This document shows positions 36,742-46,200 of a DNA stretch of 64,000 nucleotides, piece by piece (position 1 is the first letter of the stretch; each line of letters begins with the position of its first letter). The translations under genes and the position numbers were made by a program. The stretch is taken from the NCBI GenBank assembly GCA_002450075.1, contig DJYJ01000015.1, positions 2,377-66,376 on the forward strand. The letters run 5' to 3'. Source of the DNA: Clostridiales bacterium UBA6981. GTDB lineage: Bacteria; Bacillota; Clostridia; Oscillospirales; Oscillospiraceae. Under the pieces are notes generated by a model that was not told the origin of the DNA, ran no database searches, and saw only the letters and a list, made by a program, of their open reading frames with translations.

Positions 36742-38446
36742 AACCTGCGCCATGATCCCGAATCTCCCGGACGAGTCAGAATACCCCGGGGAACTGACGC
36801 GGCGCTATGAGCTTTTGGAGTGCTTCTCCGACAAAGAGGACATGCGGACCCTTCTGGCCGCCGACCGCGAGAGCGGCGAGCTCTGTGTGGTCAAGTGTTA
36901 TCTCCGGGAAAGCCCTCTGTTTGACCGCAGCGAGCCGGAAGCCCTGCGGACGATCGACGCTGCGCCGATGCCGCGTTTTCTGGAGGAATACCGCAATGAG
37001 CAGATGCGCTGCGTACTGCGGGAATATGTGCCCGGTGAGACGCTGTCGCAGCTGGCCAAAGAACAGACTTTCACAGAGGAAGAGATCATCCGCATCGGCC
37101 TGCAGCTATGCGATCAGCTCCACGCGCTGCACGGCATGACGCCGCCGGTGATCCATCGGGACATCAAGCCCCAGAATGTTGTCCTGCGCCCGGACGGGGC
37201 GGCCGTGCTGATCGACTTCGGCATCTCGCGGGTCCGCACGGAAAAGGATGCCGACACCGTCGCATTCGGTACCCAGGGCTTCTCCCCGCCGGAGCAGTAT
37301 GGGTTTTCCCAGACGGACGCCCGTTCGGATATCTACTCTCTCGGCATCCTGCTGTACTGGCTGCTGCACCGTGCGACGAAGGTCACGCAAAACAGCCGCT
37401 CCGCCTTGGAAAAGGTCATCGCCCGCTGTGTGTTCTTTGATCCCGACAAACGTTTTGACAACGTAGAGCAAGTCAGGCGCGCACTGCTTGCCGCGAAGCC
37501 GGAGGCACGGAAGAAGCGCAAACGCCTGATTACTGTTGCCGTATGCCTTTTGCTGGCGCTGCTCTCCTGCGGGGTCTTCTTTTCTGCCCGGGCCAATCAG
37601 CGGGCAGTCTTGTTTTCCCAGCCGCTGATCGAGCAGGCGGTGAGGGCAAATCTGGGGCTTTCGGACACGGCACCGATCACAAAGGATATGCTTGAGCAGG
37701 TCACAGCTCTTTACATCGTGGCGGATGCTGCCTACCCGGATGCAGACAGCTTCTACCCCGCCATCAATCGGTGGTATGCGGAGGGGAAGCCGACACGCGG
37801 GGCGATCACAGATCTAAATGACCTCGCGGCAATGCCCAATTTGGAGCGGGTTTGTATCGTCGCGCAGGAGCTGACAGATATCTCAGCCCTGGCAGAGCTT
37901 CCCAAGCTCGACAAAGTGGAGCTCAAGCACAACTATCTCACGGATATTTCTGTTCTGGCCGGGATGGATCACCTGACCTACGTGGGGATCAACGACAATC
38001 CGGTGCGGGATATTTCCCCGCTGGCCGCCTGCCCGAATCTGGCTTTTATGGATCTGTGCGACGTGCGCAGCTACGAGCCATCCGTGATCGCGCAGCTGGG
38101 CAACTTCAACTCTCTGGACATCTCGAACCCCACCGGAAGCTATCGGTATCTGGACGGAAAAAGCATCCTCGATCTGCGCCTCGCTTGGAGCGGTCTGGAC
38201 GATCTGCATTGCCTGGATCATGTGACACGGCTGGAACGGCTGGAGATCGACCATACCGCCGTCTCGGATCTCTCCCCGTTGGCTCTGCACAAAGGGCTGA
38301 AGGTGCTGAAGCTGGCAGGGCTCCCGGTCACCGATCTCAGCGTTTTGCTGGAGCTGCCCCAGCTTGAGGAGGTTTATATCAGCGAGGAACTGCGCCCCGC
38401 CGCCGAGGCTCTCGGCCCGGTTCCTTTTAGCTTCGTGTATGAATAA
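36728..38446 (+). CDS. Hanks-type Ser/Thr protein kinase - TM - extracytoplasmic leucine-rich-repeat domain
   Basis: GGGAGGG RBS. Catalytic-loop HRDIKPQNVVL, DFGISR, GTQGFSPPE. TM LITVAVCLLLALLSCGVFFSA. The C-terminal half is about 22-aa LRRs (LTDISALAELPKLDKVELKHNYLTDISVLAGMDHLTYVGINDNPVRDISPLA...). Confidence 0.8.
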   Translation: MESTETCAMIPNLPDESEYPGELTRRYELLECFSDKEDMRTLLAADRESGELCVVKCYLRESPLFDRSEPEALRTIDAAPMPRFLEEYRNEQMRCVLREYVPGETLSQLAKEQTFTEEEIIRIGLQLCDQLHALHGMTPPVIHRDIKPQNVVLRPDGAAVLIDFGISRVRTEKDADTVAFGTQGFSPPEQYGFSQTDARSDIYSLGILLYWLLHRATKVTQNSRSALEKVIARCVFFDPDKRFDNVEQVRRALLAAKPEARKKRKRLITVAVCLLLALLSCGVFFSARANQRAVLFSQPLIEQAVRANLGLSDTAPITKDMLEQVTALYIVADAAYPDADSFYPAINRWYAEGKPTRGAITDLNDLAAMPNLERVCIVAQELTDISALAELPKLDKVELKHNYLTDISVLAGMDHLTYVGINDNPVRDISPLAACPNLAFMDLCDVRSYEPSVIAQLGNFNSLDISNPTGSYRYLDGKSILDLRLAWSGLDDLHCLDHVTRLERLEIDHTAVSDLSPLALHKGLKVLKLAGLPVTDLSVLLELPQLEEVYISEELRPAAEALGPVPFSFVYE

Positions 38447-38471
38447 GTGAATACCGCGAAAAAGTTCCGAG

Positions 38472-38519
38472 AAAAGCGCCAATGTGTGCAGCCTGCACAC
38501 CAATTGGCGCTTTTCTTTT
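38472..38519 (+). terminator. intrinsic terminator after the kinase gene
   Basis: AAAAGCGCCAAT ... ATTGGCGCTTTT stem with an inner GTGCAG/CTGCAC helix, followed by TCTTTTG. Confidence 0.75.
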
Positions 38520-38584
38520 GCTATACTTTTTACTGGTTTATTGTAAGCAGATTTGCTTCCGAAAGAAACAGGAGGGACGGTACC

Positions 38585-40603
38585 ATGGCCTATACCGCAA
38601 TCGAAAATATGAGAAAACGGAATGAAGCGCGCTTTGGCTCGGATGTGGGGCCGCAGCAACCGCCTCTCTATCAGAACCGTTTCTGTCAGCAGGATCTGAA
38701 GTCCGCGGCGCTGCGCTTTCTCCATGAACGCTGTGAGCAACTGCTGTTTGACCCTGCGAGAGAGACGGAGGAGCGGCAGACCGGCGTTTTCCTCGGCAAG
38801 AGCCTTTCTGCAAACCAGATCCCCTTTAACATGGAAATGGACGTCAACCGGCTTTGTCTCGAAAAAGCGCTGGAGGCCTTTATCGACTCCGGCGTGGCCG
38901 AGGACGCCTATACGGTCTATTACTGCTATCTGGACATGTTCCTGGGGCGCTACGGAAACTCCAAGCGCATGGTGGAGCTGCTGAGCGAATACGAGGCAAA
39001 CGGCAGCTCGCTGCTGATGAAGCACCGGGATCACTATTCCCATTCGGTCTATGTGTTTGCCCTCGGCCTGGCCATCTACGAAACCAATGAAGCGTACCGG
39101 AACAGCTTTTGGCGCTTCTATCGGTTGGAGGAGCGGAAAGAGAACGAAAGAGCCAATCTGTTTTTGGAGTATTGGGGACTGACGGCGCTCTTTCACGACA
39201 TCGGCTATCCCTTTGAGCTGCCTTTCGAGCAGGTGCTCAGCTACTTTGAAGTGGATCATCAGGAGCGCGGCAAGGGCAGTTTATACCTGGCCTATCATGA
39301 TGTGGAGGCGCTGACCGCCCTGGACGAGGCGGCGAAGGTTCATTTCGAAACGCTTTACGGAAAACGCTTCGAGACGACCAGCGCGCTGCTGGCGCATGAT
39401 CTTGCGCAAAAGCTCGGCGCAGCCTATGACTTCTCCGAGGACTACCTGCTGGCCGTGCTGGACCGGAAGCCGACGCAGCCCAACCGCTTCGGCTACTTCA
39501 TGGATCACGCCTTTTTCAGCGCCTCCCGCCTGTACCGGGAGCTGGCGGAGGAGCTCGGCGCGGAGAATCTCTCTCCCATGCATGTGGACGCGCTGTCGGC
39601 CATTATGCTGCATAACAGCCTCTATAAGTTCTCCATCGCTTTTTATAAGGACAATGAAAAACGGAAAGCGCCGCTGAAGGCGGAGCTTCACCCCCTGGCC
39701 TGGCTGCTGATGCTCTGTGACGAGCTGCAGTGCTGGGACCGCACCGCCTACGGGCGCAATTCCCGCACGGAGCTGCACCCCATGGCCGTCGATTTTGATT
39801 TCTCCGACAGCGCGATCCGCGCCGTCTATTACTACGACCGGGAAGAACAGGAAAAAATCGACGCCTTCAAGCTGAAATACGCCGCCTGGGAAGCGGGCGG
39901 CGAGCAGGGCAAGCCTCCGCGTCTGAAAGCCTACAGCGACATGGCGGAGAAGGAGCAGCGCTTTACGGCGGATATTGAAAAGATCGTGGACACCGAGACC
40001 TGTCCTCTGCATATCCGTCCGGACGTCCGGCAGGTGGATCGCCGGAGCAAGCACACCTATCTGTCCGGCAGCAACTTCCTGCACTTATACGATTTTGCCG
40101 TGGCGCTCCACGGACGGAACATGCCGCAGGAGACCACTGCGGAGGAATTGGAAGAAAAATTCACCTCGCAGTCGCTGGAATACCAGCTCTCCGGCATCAA
40201 CCGTGCAAAAAGCTTCAGCCGCTATCTCAATGCCCTGGGCTGCTTCTATACGGACAGACCGGTGGATTATGAGATGGTGACGGCCTTTACGCCCGAGCAG
40301 GCGCTGCAGATCGCGCCCCTGGAGCATGAGCGCTGGGTGCGGGAGCATCAAGGCATGGGCTGGCGTTGTGGCACAGCCTATGAGACCCTGCCGCTCCCGG
40401 AGGATAACCGGAATGCGCGGAGAGCGCTGCGGGAGCAGCTGCGCTGCCACAAGCTGGCCATGGACGGAGATGTGACGGACGAAGAGGTCCGCGCGCATTT
40501 CTTCTCCCTGCCGGAGGAAGATCAGGACAAGGACTGGAAGCCCTTCAACAGCATGCTCAAGCTGCTGAAAAAGTTTGACGGGCTGCGCATCTATAAGCTG
40601 TAA
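38585..40603 (+). CDS. HD-domain phosphohydrolase with C-terminal RyR-like domain
   Basis: AGGAGGGA RBS before ATG 38585 (the listed 38447 start would read through the terminator). H..HD..H..D set: HYSHSVYVF, LFHDIGYPFE, IMLHNSLY, LMLCDELQCWD. The C-terminus LEHERWVREHQGMGWRCG...LPEEDQDKDWKPFNSMLKLLKKFDGLRIYK follows the RyR-domain pattern (E.W......GW.yG...LpeeeK..D......L...G..I.K). Confidence 0.6.
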   Translation: MAYTAIENMRKRNEARFGSDVGPQQPPLYQNRFCQQDLKSAALRFLHERCEQLLFDPARETEERQTGVFLGKSLSANQIPFNMEMDVNRLCLEKALEAFIDSGVAEDAYTVYYCYLDMFLGRYGNSKRMVELLSEYEANGSSLLMKHRDHYSHSVYVFALGLAIYETNEAYRNSFWRFYRLEERKENERANLFLEYWGLTALFHDIGYPFELPFEQVLSYFEVDHQERGKGSLYLAYHDVEALTALDEAAKVHFETLYGKRFETTSALLAHDLAQKLGAAYDFSEDYLLAVLDRKPTQPNRFGYFMDHAFFSASRLYRELAEELGAENLSPMHVDALSAIMLHNSLYKFSIAFYKDNEKRKAPLKAELHPLAWLLMLCDELQCWDRTAYGRNSRTELHPMAVDFDFSDSAIRAVYYYDREEQEKIDAFKLKYAAWEAGGEQGKPPRLKAYSDMAEKEQRFTADIEKIVDTETCPLHIRPDVRQVDRRSKHTYLSGSNFLHLYDFAVALHGRNMPQETTAEELEEKFTSQSLEYQLSGINRAKSFSRYLNALGCFYTDRPVDYEMVTAFTPEQALQIAPLEHERWVREHQGMGWRCGTAYETLPLPEDNRNARRALREQLRCHKLAMDGDVTDEEVRAHFFSLPEEDQDKDWKPFNSMLKLLKKFDGLRIYKL

Positions 40604-40622
40604 GCAAAGGCGGGAAAACACA

Positions 40623-41180
40623 ATGGCAAACCTTGCATCTGTCAGCGTTCTCTTTGAAAACGAAGAGCAAGCAAAGCGTGCTCTAACCGTCACGGAGGGC
40701 ATGATCAAGCTGCTCTATGCCCCGCCGACGCTGCCCTGGGCGGCAGAAGCGCAGCAAATCCCCTCGCTGAGCAAGCGCTATTTCCGCTTCTGTGAGGAAG
40801 CCGCAAAGCTTGACGTGCTCGCCGAGCGCCCGCACTGTGCGCTCAAATGGCTGCGGCGGGAGGGCGCGCAGCTCGCTCTTACGCGCTGCGCCGATATCCA
40901 GTCGCCTGTGAATGAACGCTCGCCGGCTGACTTTTTCAGTCAGCTGTGCCTTGTTCTGTCCAAGTGCTTTCCGGACGGTGCTTTTACGGCTTTCTGCCGC
41001 CATGAGGAGACGGTAAGCGCCACGGTGCAGCTGATCCGCATCATGCATCGGGATAACAAACTGATTTTCACCGAGATGTACCGGCTGGACGGAGATGAGC
41101 GGGACGAAGATGACTGGTCCTGCGCCGCCACGTTTTTGTTGCGGGACAGCGACGGCGTTTTCGTCTGGTCGAAGAGGTAA
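40623..41180 (+). CDS. hypothetical protein (185 aa), no recognisable domain
   Basis: ATG 19 nt after the HD-RyR stop and 6 nt before the next gene. The call rests on tight operon packing and reasonable composition only. Confidence 0.5.
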   Translation: MANLASVSVLFENEEQAKRALTVTEGMIKLLYAPPTLPWAAEAQQIPSLSKRYFRFCEEAAKLDVLAERPHCALKWLRREGAQLALTRCADIQSPVNERSPADFFSQLCLVLSKCFPDGAFTAFCRHEETVSATVQLIRIMHRDNKLIFTEMYRLDGDERDEDDWSCAATFLLRDSDGVFVWSKR

Positions 41181-41186
41181 ATAAGT

Positions 41187-42017
41187 ATGACCCCGAAATG
41201 GATGAAACAGATCCCGCCCTATGAGGGCGATCAGCCCTATTTGTACCTGGCCTTTGCCGAGGAGGACAGCGGGCGTGTCTGGAAGCTCCTGCGGCCGCTG
41301 CTGGCGCGGGGCTGCCGGGTGTGGTACTGCGTTGGCCCGGCGGGCAGCGCGGAGGAGCTGCTGTACCGACAGGAGCGCTGTGAAAAGGCGGGGCTGACCG
41401 TGGTCTATCTGACGGACGCACTCTGCGCGGACCGGGACAGCAAAAGCGCCGTTCTTGTCAATCAAAAATATAACCGTCCGATCCTCTGCCTGGATCCGGA
41501 CGAAAAGGACCGCCGCCTCGACATGAATCTGCGGGAGACGATCCCGCATGTTCCCTTATATCGGCTGTCAAGCGAGGAATGGGAGGGCGCCGTTTTACAC
41601 GCCGAGGGCTTTTCCCAGGACATGCTCGGTGAGCCGATCCCGATCGGAGACGACAGCAAAACCATCAAAAAGCTCACGCTGACCTTCTGTGCGTTGGCCC
41701 TGCTGCTGGCCGTGGTGTCCTTTGCGGGCTTTCGGGTGTTCGGCTGGTTCTCCCCCGCGGCGCGGGATGAGCTGGAAATCCGCGACCCGGCGATCCGCTC
41801 CGCGGTGCGTCAGGCTGTGGGCGGCGGCGCGATCACGGAGGAGCGGGCAAATGAGGTCAGCTTCCTGCGCTTCCGGGAACTGCCGGAGAGCTGGGAGGAA
41901 CTTGAGCTGCTGCCGCACTTACAGCGCATCGAGCTGCCGCAGCTCTCCCTGTTGGACGGCGGCGCGCTGCCGGAAGGAGACTGGGTCATCGAATTGAGCG
42001 GAGGTGACGGCTCATGA
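41187..42017 (+). CDS. degenerate TIR-like domain - TM - short LRR protein
   Basis: GAAGAGG RBS. PYEGDQPYLYLAFAEED...LLARGCRVWY parallels the PYEGSRPFVFISYAHRQ...WRLWYDEG block of the next gene. TM LTLTFCALALLLAVVSFAGF. LRR-like tail. Confidence 0.6.
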   Translation: MTPKWMKQIPPYEGDQPYLYLAFAEEDSGRVWKLLRPLLARGCRVWYCVGPAGSAEELLYRQERCEKAGLTVVYLTDALCADRDSKSAVLVNQKYNRPILCLDPDEKDRRLDMNLRETIPHVPLYRLSSEEWEGAVLHAEGFSQDMLGEPIPIGDDSKTIKKLTLTFCALALLLAVVSFAGFRVFGWFSPAARDELEIRDPAIRSAVRQAVGGGAITEERANEVSFLRFRELPESWEELELLPHLQRIELPQLSLLDGGALPEGDWVIELSGGDGS

Positions 42018-43180
42018 GCGGCTTCTTCAAGCCCTACGAGGGCAGCCGCCCCTTTGTCTTTATCAGCTATGCGCACCGCCAGTCCGATACCGTCCTCGAC
42101 ACCATCCGCATCCTGCACGAAAAGGACTGGCGGCTCTGGTACGACGAGGGGATCCCTGCAGGCAGCGACTGGCCGGCCAACATTGCCCGGCATATGCAAA
42201 GCTGTGAGCGGGTGATCTTCTTCCTCTCCGCGCGGGCTTTGGCATCCCACAACTGTTACAGCGAAATGAAGGCCGCGGCGCGGCAGGGAAAACCGATCCT
42301 GCTTGTCCGGCTGGAGGACATATCACCGGACGAAAAGTGGTCGGAGCTTCTGGCCGAATGTCCGGAGATTCCCTTGCTTGAGGAACCGGCGGAGCGTGCG
42401 GGCGCGATCCTGCGCTCCGGCTTTCTGCCCCGCCGCCTGCACCGGCGCTTTACGGAGCGCATCCCCTGGCGGGCGCTGGGACTGATCGCCTCGCTGCTCT
42501 TTTTCCTGGCGGCGGCGGGCGTGCTCGGCGCGCTGACCACGGGAATATGGAACCCGGTCATGGCAGCAGAAATCCCAACAGAGACGCCCGCTTCCCATGA
42601 GGCGCCGACACCGGTGCCCATTGTGGAGCTGGGAGAGGCGGAGCGCTTCTTCGCCGTCAGCTTCCCCGATAAGCAGCAGGAGCGTGCCATCCGCCGGGCG
42701 CTGGATATTCCCGCGGACGCGATCTACCGCTGGCAGATCGCCGGGATCCCGGAGCTGTATTTCTGCGGGAATCTGACGGTGGACGGCAAGGCCGCCGTCT
42801 CCTTCGACGCGGACGGGACCTGCCGCGTCAACGGAGCCCCGGTGATCCAGGGGAATGTGTCCGATCTGCGTCTGATCGAATCCATGGTAAAGCTGGAAAA
42901 ACTCGCCCTGATCTTCCAGCCGATGGACGACCTGTCCGGATTGAGCGGGCACCTGCTGTTGCGGGAGCTGAGCCTCGCGGGCAGCAGCGTGGACGATCTC
43001 TCCGCGCTGACAGAACTGCCAAGCCTGGAGACGCTGCATCTGGAGCACACCGGCGTGCGCGACCTGAGGCCGCTGGAAGAGCTGCCGAGCCTGAAAACCG
43101 TGACGGTCAGCCGGGAAATGCTGCCGCTGACATGGACCGAGCAGGCCGCTTTCGCGGTGGTTTTGATCCGTGAATCCTGA
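42014..43180 (+). CDS. TIR domain - TM - LRR protein (canonical bacterial TIR motifs)
   Basis: GGAGGTGA RBS and ATGA overlap with the upstream stop. FVFISYAHRQSD, WRLWYDEGIPAGSDW, VIFFLSARALASHNCYSEM (conserved Glu E84 at nt 42263-42265). TM LGLIASLLFFLAAAGVLGALTTGIW. C-terminal LRRs. Confidence 0.75.
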   Translation: MSGFFKPYEGSRPFVFISYAHRQSDTVLDTIRILHEKDWRLWYDEGIPAGSDWPANIARHMQSCERVIFFLSARALASHNCYSEMKAAARQGKPILLVRLEDISPDEKWSELLAECPEIPLLEEPAERAGAILRSGFLPRRLHRRFTERIPWRALGLIASLLFFLAAAGVLGALTTGIWNPVMAAEIPTETPASHEAPTPVPIVELGEAERFFAVSFPDKQQERAIRRALDIPADAIYRWQIAGIPELYFCGNLTVDGKAAVSFDADGTCRVNGAPVIQGNVSDLRLIESMVKLEKLALIFQPMDDLSGLSGHLLLRELSLAGSSVDDLSALTELPSLETLHLEHTGVRDLRPLEELPSLKTVTVSREMLPLTWTEQAAFAVVLIRES

Positions 43181-43201
43181 TTCTTTGAAGGAGGATGCGA
43201 T

Positions 43202-46200
43202 ATGAGTAAAAAAGTGATCCATCTGCTGTGCAGCGATGGCGACCGCGCGGCGCTGCAGCCGGTGCTGGACGCTTTGCAGGCCAAGGGACTGCGGGTGTCC
43301 GGGGAAGTACCGGAGAAAAACGACCTTGTGCTGGCGGTGCTGTCCGAGGCTTTCTATGCAGACAACGACAAGACCGATGCGCTGCTTGACCTGCTCGCCG
43401 CGGGGGCGGAAAACGTGCTGCCGCTGCAGCTCGACGGCGTACCGATCCCGGACGCGATCAAAAATGCGCTCTACGCCCGCAACATCATCCCCGCCGCAGG
43501 GCGGGACGCGGCACATACCGCCGAGCGCATCGCTGACGCGCTGCCGAAGCGGAAGTCGAAGCTGCCGCTGATCCTCGGCGCTGCCGGGCTCGTGCTGCTG
43601 GCCGCTGTCGGCCTGTTGATCTGGCGCGGCGCGCAGAAAGGGGAGGCCGTACCTGTCATGGCGGAGACGGCCAACGAGATTTATATCCCCATGGGTCTCA
43701 CGGAAGAAGACCTGGCCGCCATCGAGGACGTGGTCATCGTGGGCGACTATTTCGGCTATTACACCGACGCAGATTTCCGCGAGGCCGGAGAACACTGGCT
43801 CAACGTCTATGACGACGTGGCCTATCGCACCTTTGATGACGACGTTCCCCGGTGGATCAGCAAGGAGGACGGGCACGCCTATACCATGACCCGCTACGAC
43901 GATCTGCGCTTTCTGGAGCTGATGCCGAAGCTGCGGTTTCTGGAACTGGTGAATGTGGAGGCGGGTGCTGACTCGCTTCCGGATTTGAGCGAAGCCGCTA
44001 TTCTGGAGGGCGTGTCCCTCTCTGATTGCGAAATTGACAGTCTGGACTGGCTGGCCGGGGCGCATATGCACGACTTCGACATGCACTCCACGCAGGTGAC
44101 AGACTTTGCGCCGCTCAGCTCCTGCGAGAGACTGAGGACTGTATTTCTCGATTTCTATCAGATTGAAGAGGCCGACCTCTCGACATTCGCCCCGCCCGCG
44201 CTGGAACATCTGGAGATCTGCAACGGGCAGGATCTGCGCGGCGGGCTTGACCTTTCCGCCCTCTCTGCCTGTACAAAGCTGCGCGAATGCCGGCTGGATG
44301 CTGATCTCCCGCTCGCCGATCTGTCCTTCCTCGCCGACGCGTCAAAGCTGGAAGCTCTATACATTTACAATCTGCATGAGCTGCGGGATATCTCTGCGCT
44401 GAACGGGATGAAAAATCTCAAGAATCTGGACATCCAGTACTGCGAGCGCGTCACGGACTATACGCCCATCGCGGGGTGTTCTTCACTGGAACAGATCCAT
44501 CTCCAGTGTGACTACAACCCCGACGCCCTGCGGGACGCCTCCTTCCTCGCCGATCTTCCCAGACTGTGGGATATCGGGCTTTACGGCTGCAATCTGAACG
44601 ATCTGAACTTCCTGGAGGGCAAGCCGGATAACGGCAGCTTGTGTCTGGGCTTTGCCGGGGATATCCGGGACTATTCGGGGCTTGCCACTGTCAAGCACTA
44701 TGACTGGCTGCATCTGAATCCGCGCCGGGTAGACGGCAGCCGCTTCGGCGATCTCTCGGCCGTGCTGCCCTATCTGGAGGGCGCTGAGGTGAAGAACCTG
44801 CACCTGCACGACTGCGGCGGGATCGACCTGGGCCTGCTGCCCAAGGTCACAGAGAGCCTGGAGATCTGGTACGGCGATCTGACCGACTTGAGCACCCTGC
44901 CGGATTGGGGCATCAAGAAACTGATGCTGTATGACTGCCAGTACCTCACGAGCCTGGACGGCATACAGAGCCTGCCCGCTTATACACAGCCCGGCTCTTT
45001 GACCCTTGCGGTCGCGGGCTGCCCGCGTCTGCGGGACTGGAGCGCCATCGAAAACGCCAGTCTGTCGGGTCTGGAGCTGCAGGGCGTCTACTCGCTGCCG
45101 GTATTCGACGGCATCGGCTTCGGCTCCCTGCGGCTGGAGAGCATCGAGGATCTGAGCGATCTGAGCATTCTCTCCGCTCTGTCGGACGGTCACAGCTATA
45201 ACAGCATAGCGCTGGTGGGTCTGGACGCCATCAGTGACCTCACCCCGCTGCGCCGCCTGCAGATCAAGCATCTGCAGATCCCGCCCCAGGTGGCGGATCA
45301 GGCGGAGGAGCTGGTGGAAGCCGGGATCGTGGGCGACTATGAGGTGGCCTACCCCGACGGGGACTGGCAGCCCTTTGACGGTCGGGTAGAGCTTTTGAGC
45401 CTGGACGAGCTGGACACCCTTCCTTCCTCCCTGCTGCAGCGGGTGGAGTGCCTGTGTATTGCAGGCGATACGCTGTTCGATTTCGACCGCTATGACATCT
45501 GGGAAGACTGGGAGCACAGGGATCGGAACGGGAATCCGGCGCTGCAGCTCCACGACCGCGAGACGGACGCGGTGACGCCTCTCTCCCCGGGTGTGATCAC
45601 GGATCTGAGCAGCCTCAGCGCCCTCACCGGCCTGCGGGAACTGTATCTTGTCGGCCAGCCTATCCAAAGTCTGGACGGTATTCAGGTGTTCTCCTTCCTG
45701 GAGGAATTTTCCGCCAAGGGGTGTGCAGAGCTGACTGACGCCTCCGCTCTCTTCGCCCTGCCGGAGCTGCGCTGGGTGGAACTCAAGTGCACGCCGGTGG
45801 ATTCCATCCAGGGCGTACAGAATCTGCCGGAGCTGCGGTATCTGAACGTCTCCAACACAAAGGTGGAGGATCTGACGCCTCTGGCGGAGTGCGACTTCTC
45901 CGCTGCGGAGGAAGACATCGGCTTTGACCTGGACTGCAACGAGCTGAAACTGGGCGAGGAGGATTTCGCCGCCATTGCCCATATCCGGCGCTTTGGGGGT
46001 CTGGCCTTCACCGACGCCGATCCCGCCGTTTGGATCGATGCGCTGTCGGACAGCGAGATACATTATTTCGGCGCCGCAGGAGACCTGCAAAGCAATGAGG
46101 ACCTGGCTGCCTTCGTCTCGGATCATCCGGAGCTGCGGCAGCTGTTCCTGGGCTGGGCGGAGGATATTACCGATCTGACGCCGCTGCTGGCGCTGGAAAA

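Noticed and set aside
38447-38584. N-terminal extensions offered by the ORF track (here 38447; likewise 14063, 15207, 26057, 34306, 32695, 36214, 40575, 59583)
   Set aside because: The extensions run through terminators or upstream genes and lack an RBS. Internal ATGs preceded by GGAGG-type sites and native-looking N-termini (signal peptides, MCGIVGF, etc.) were preferred.
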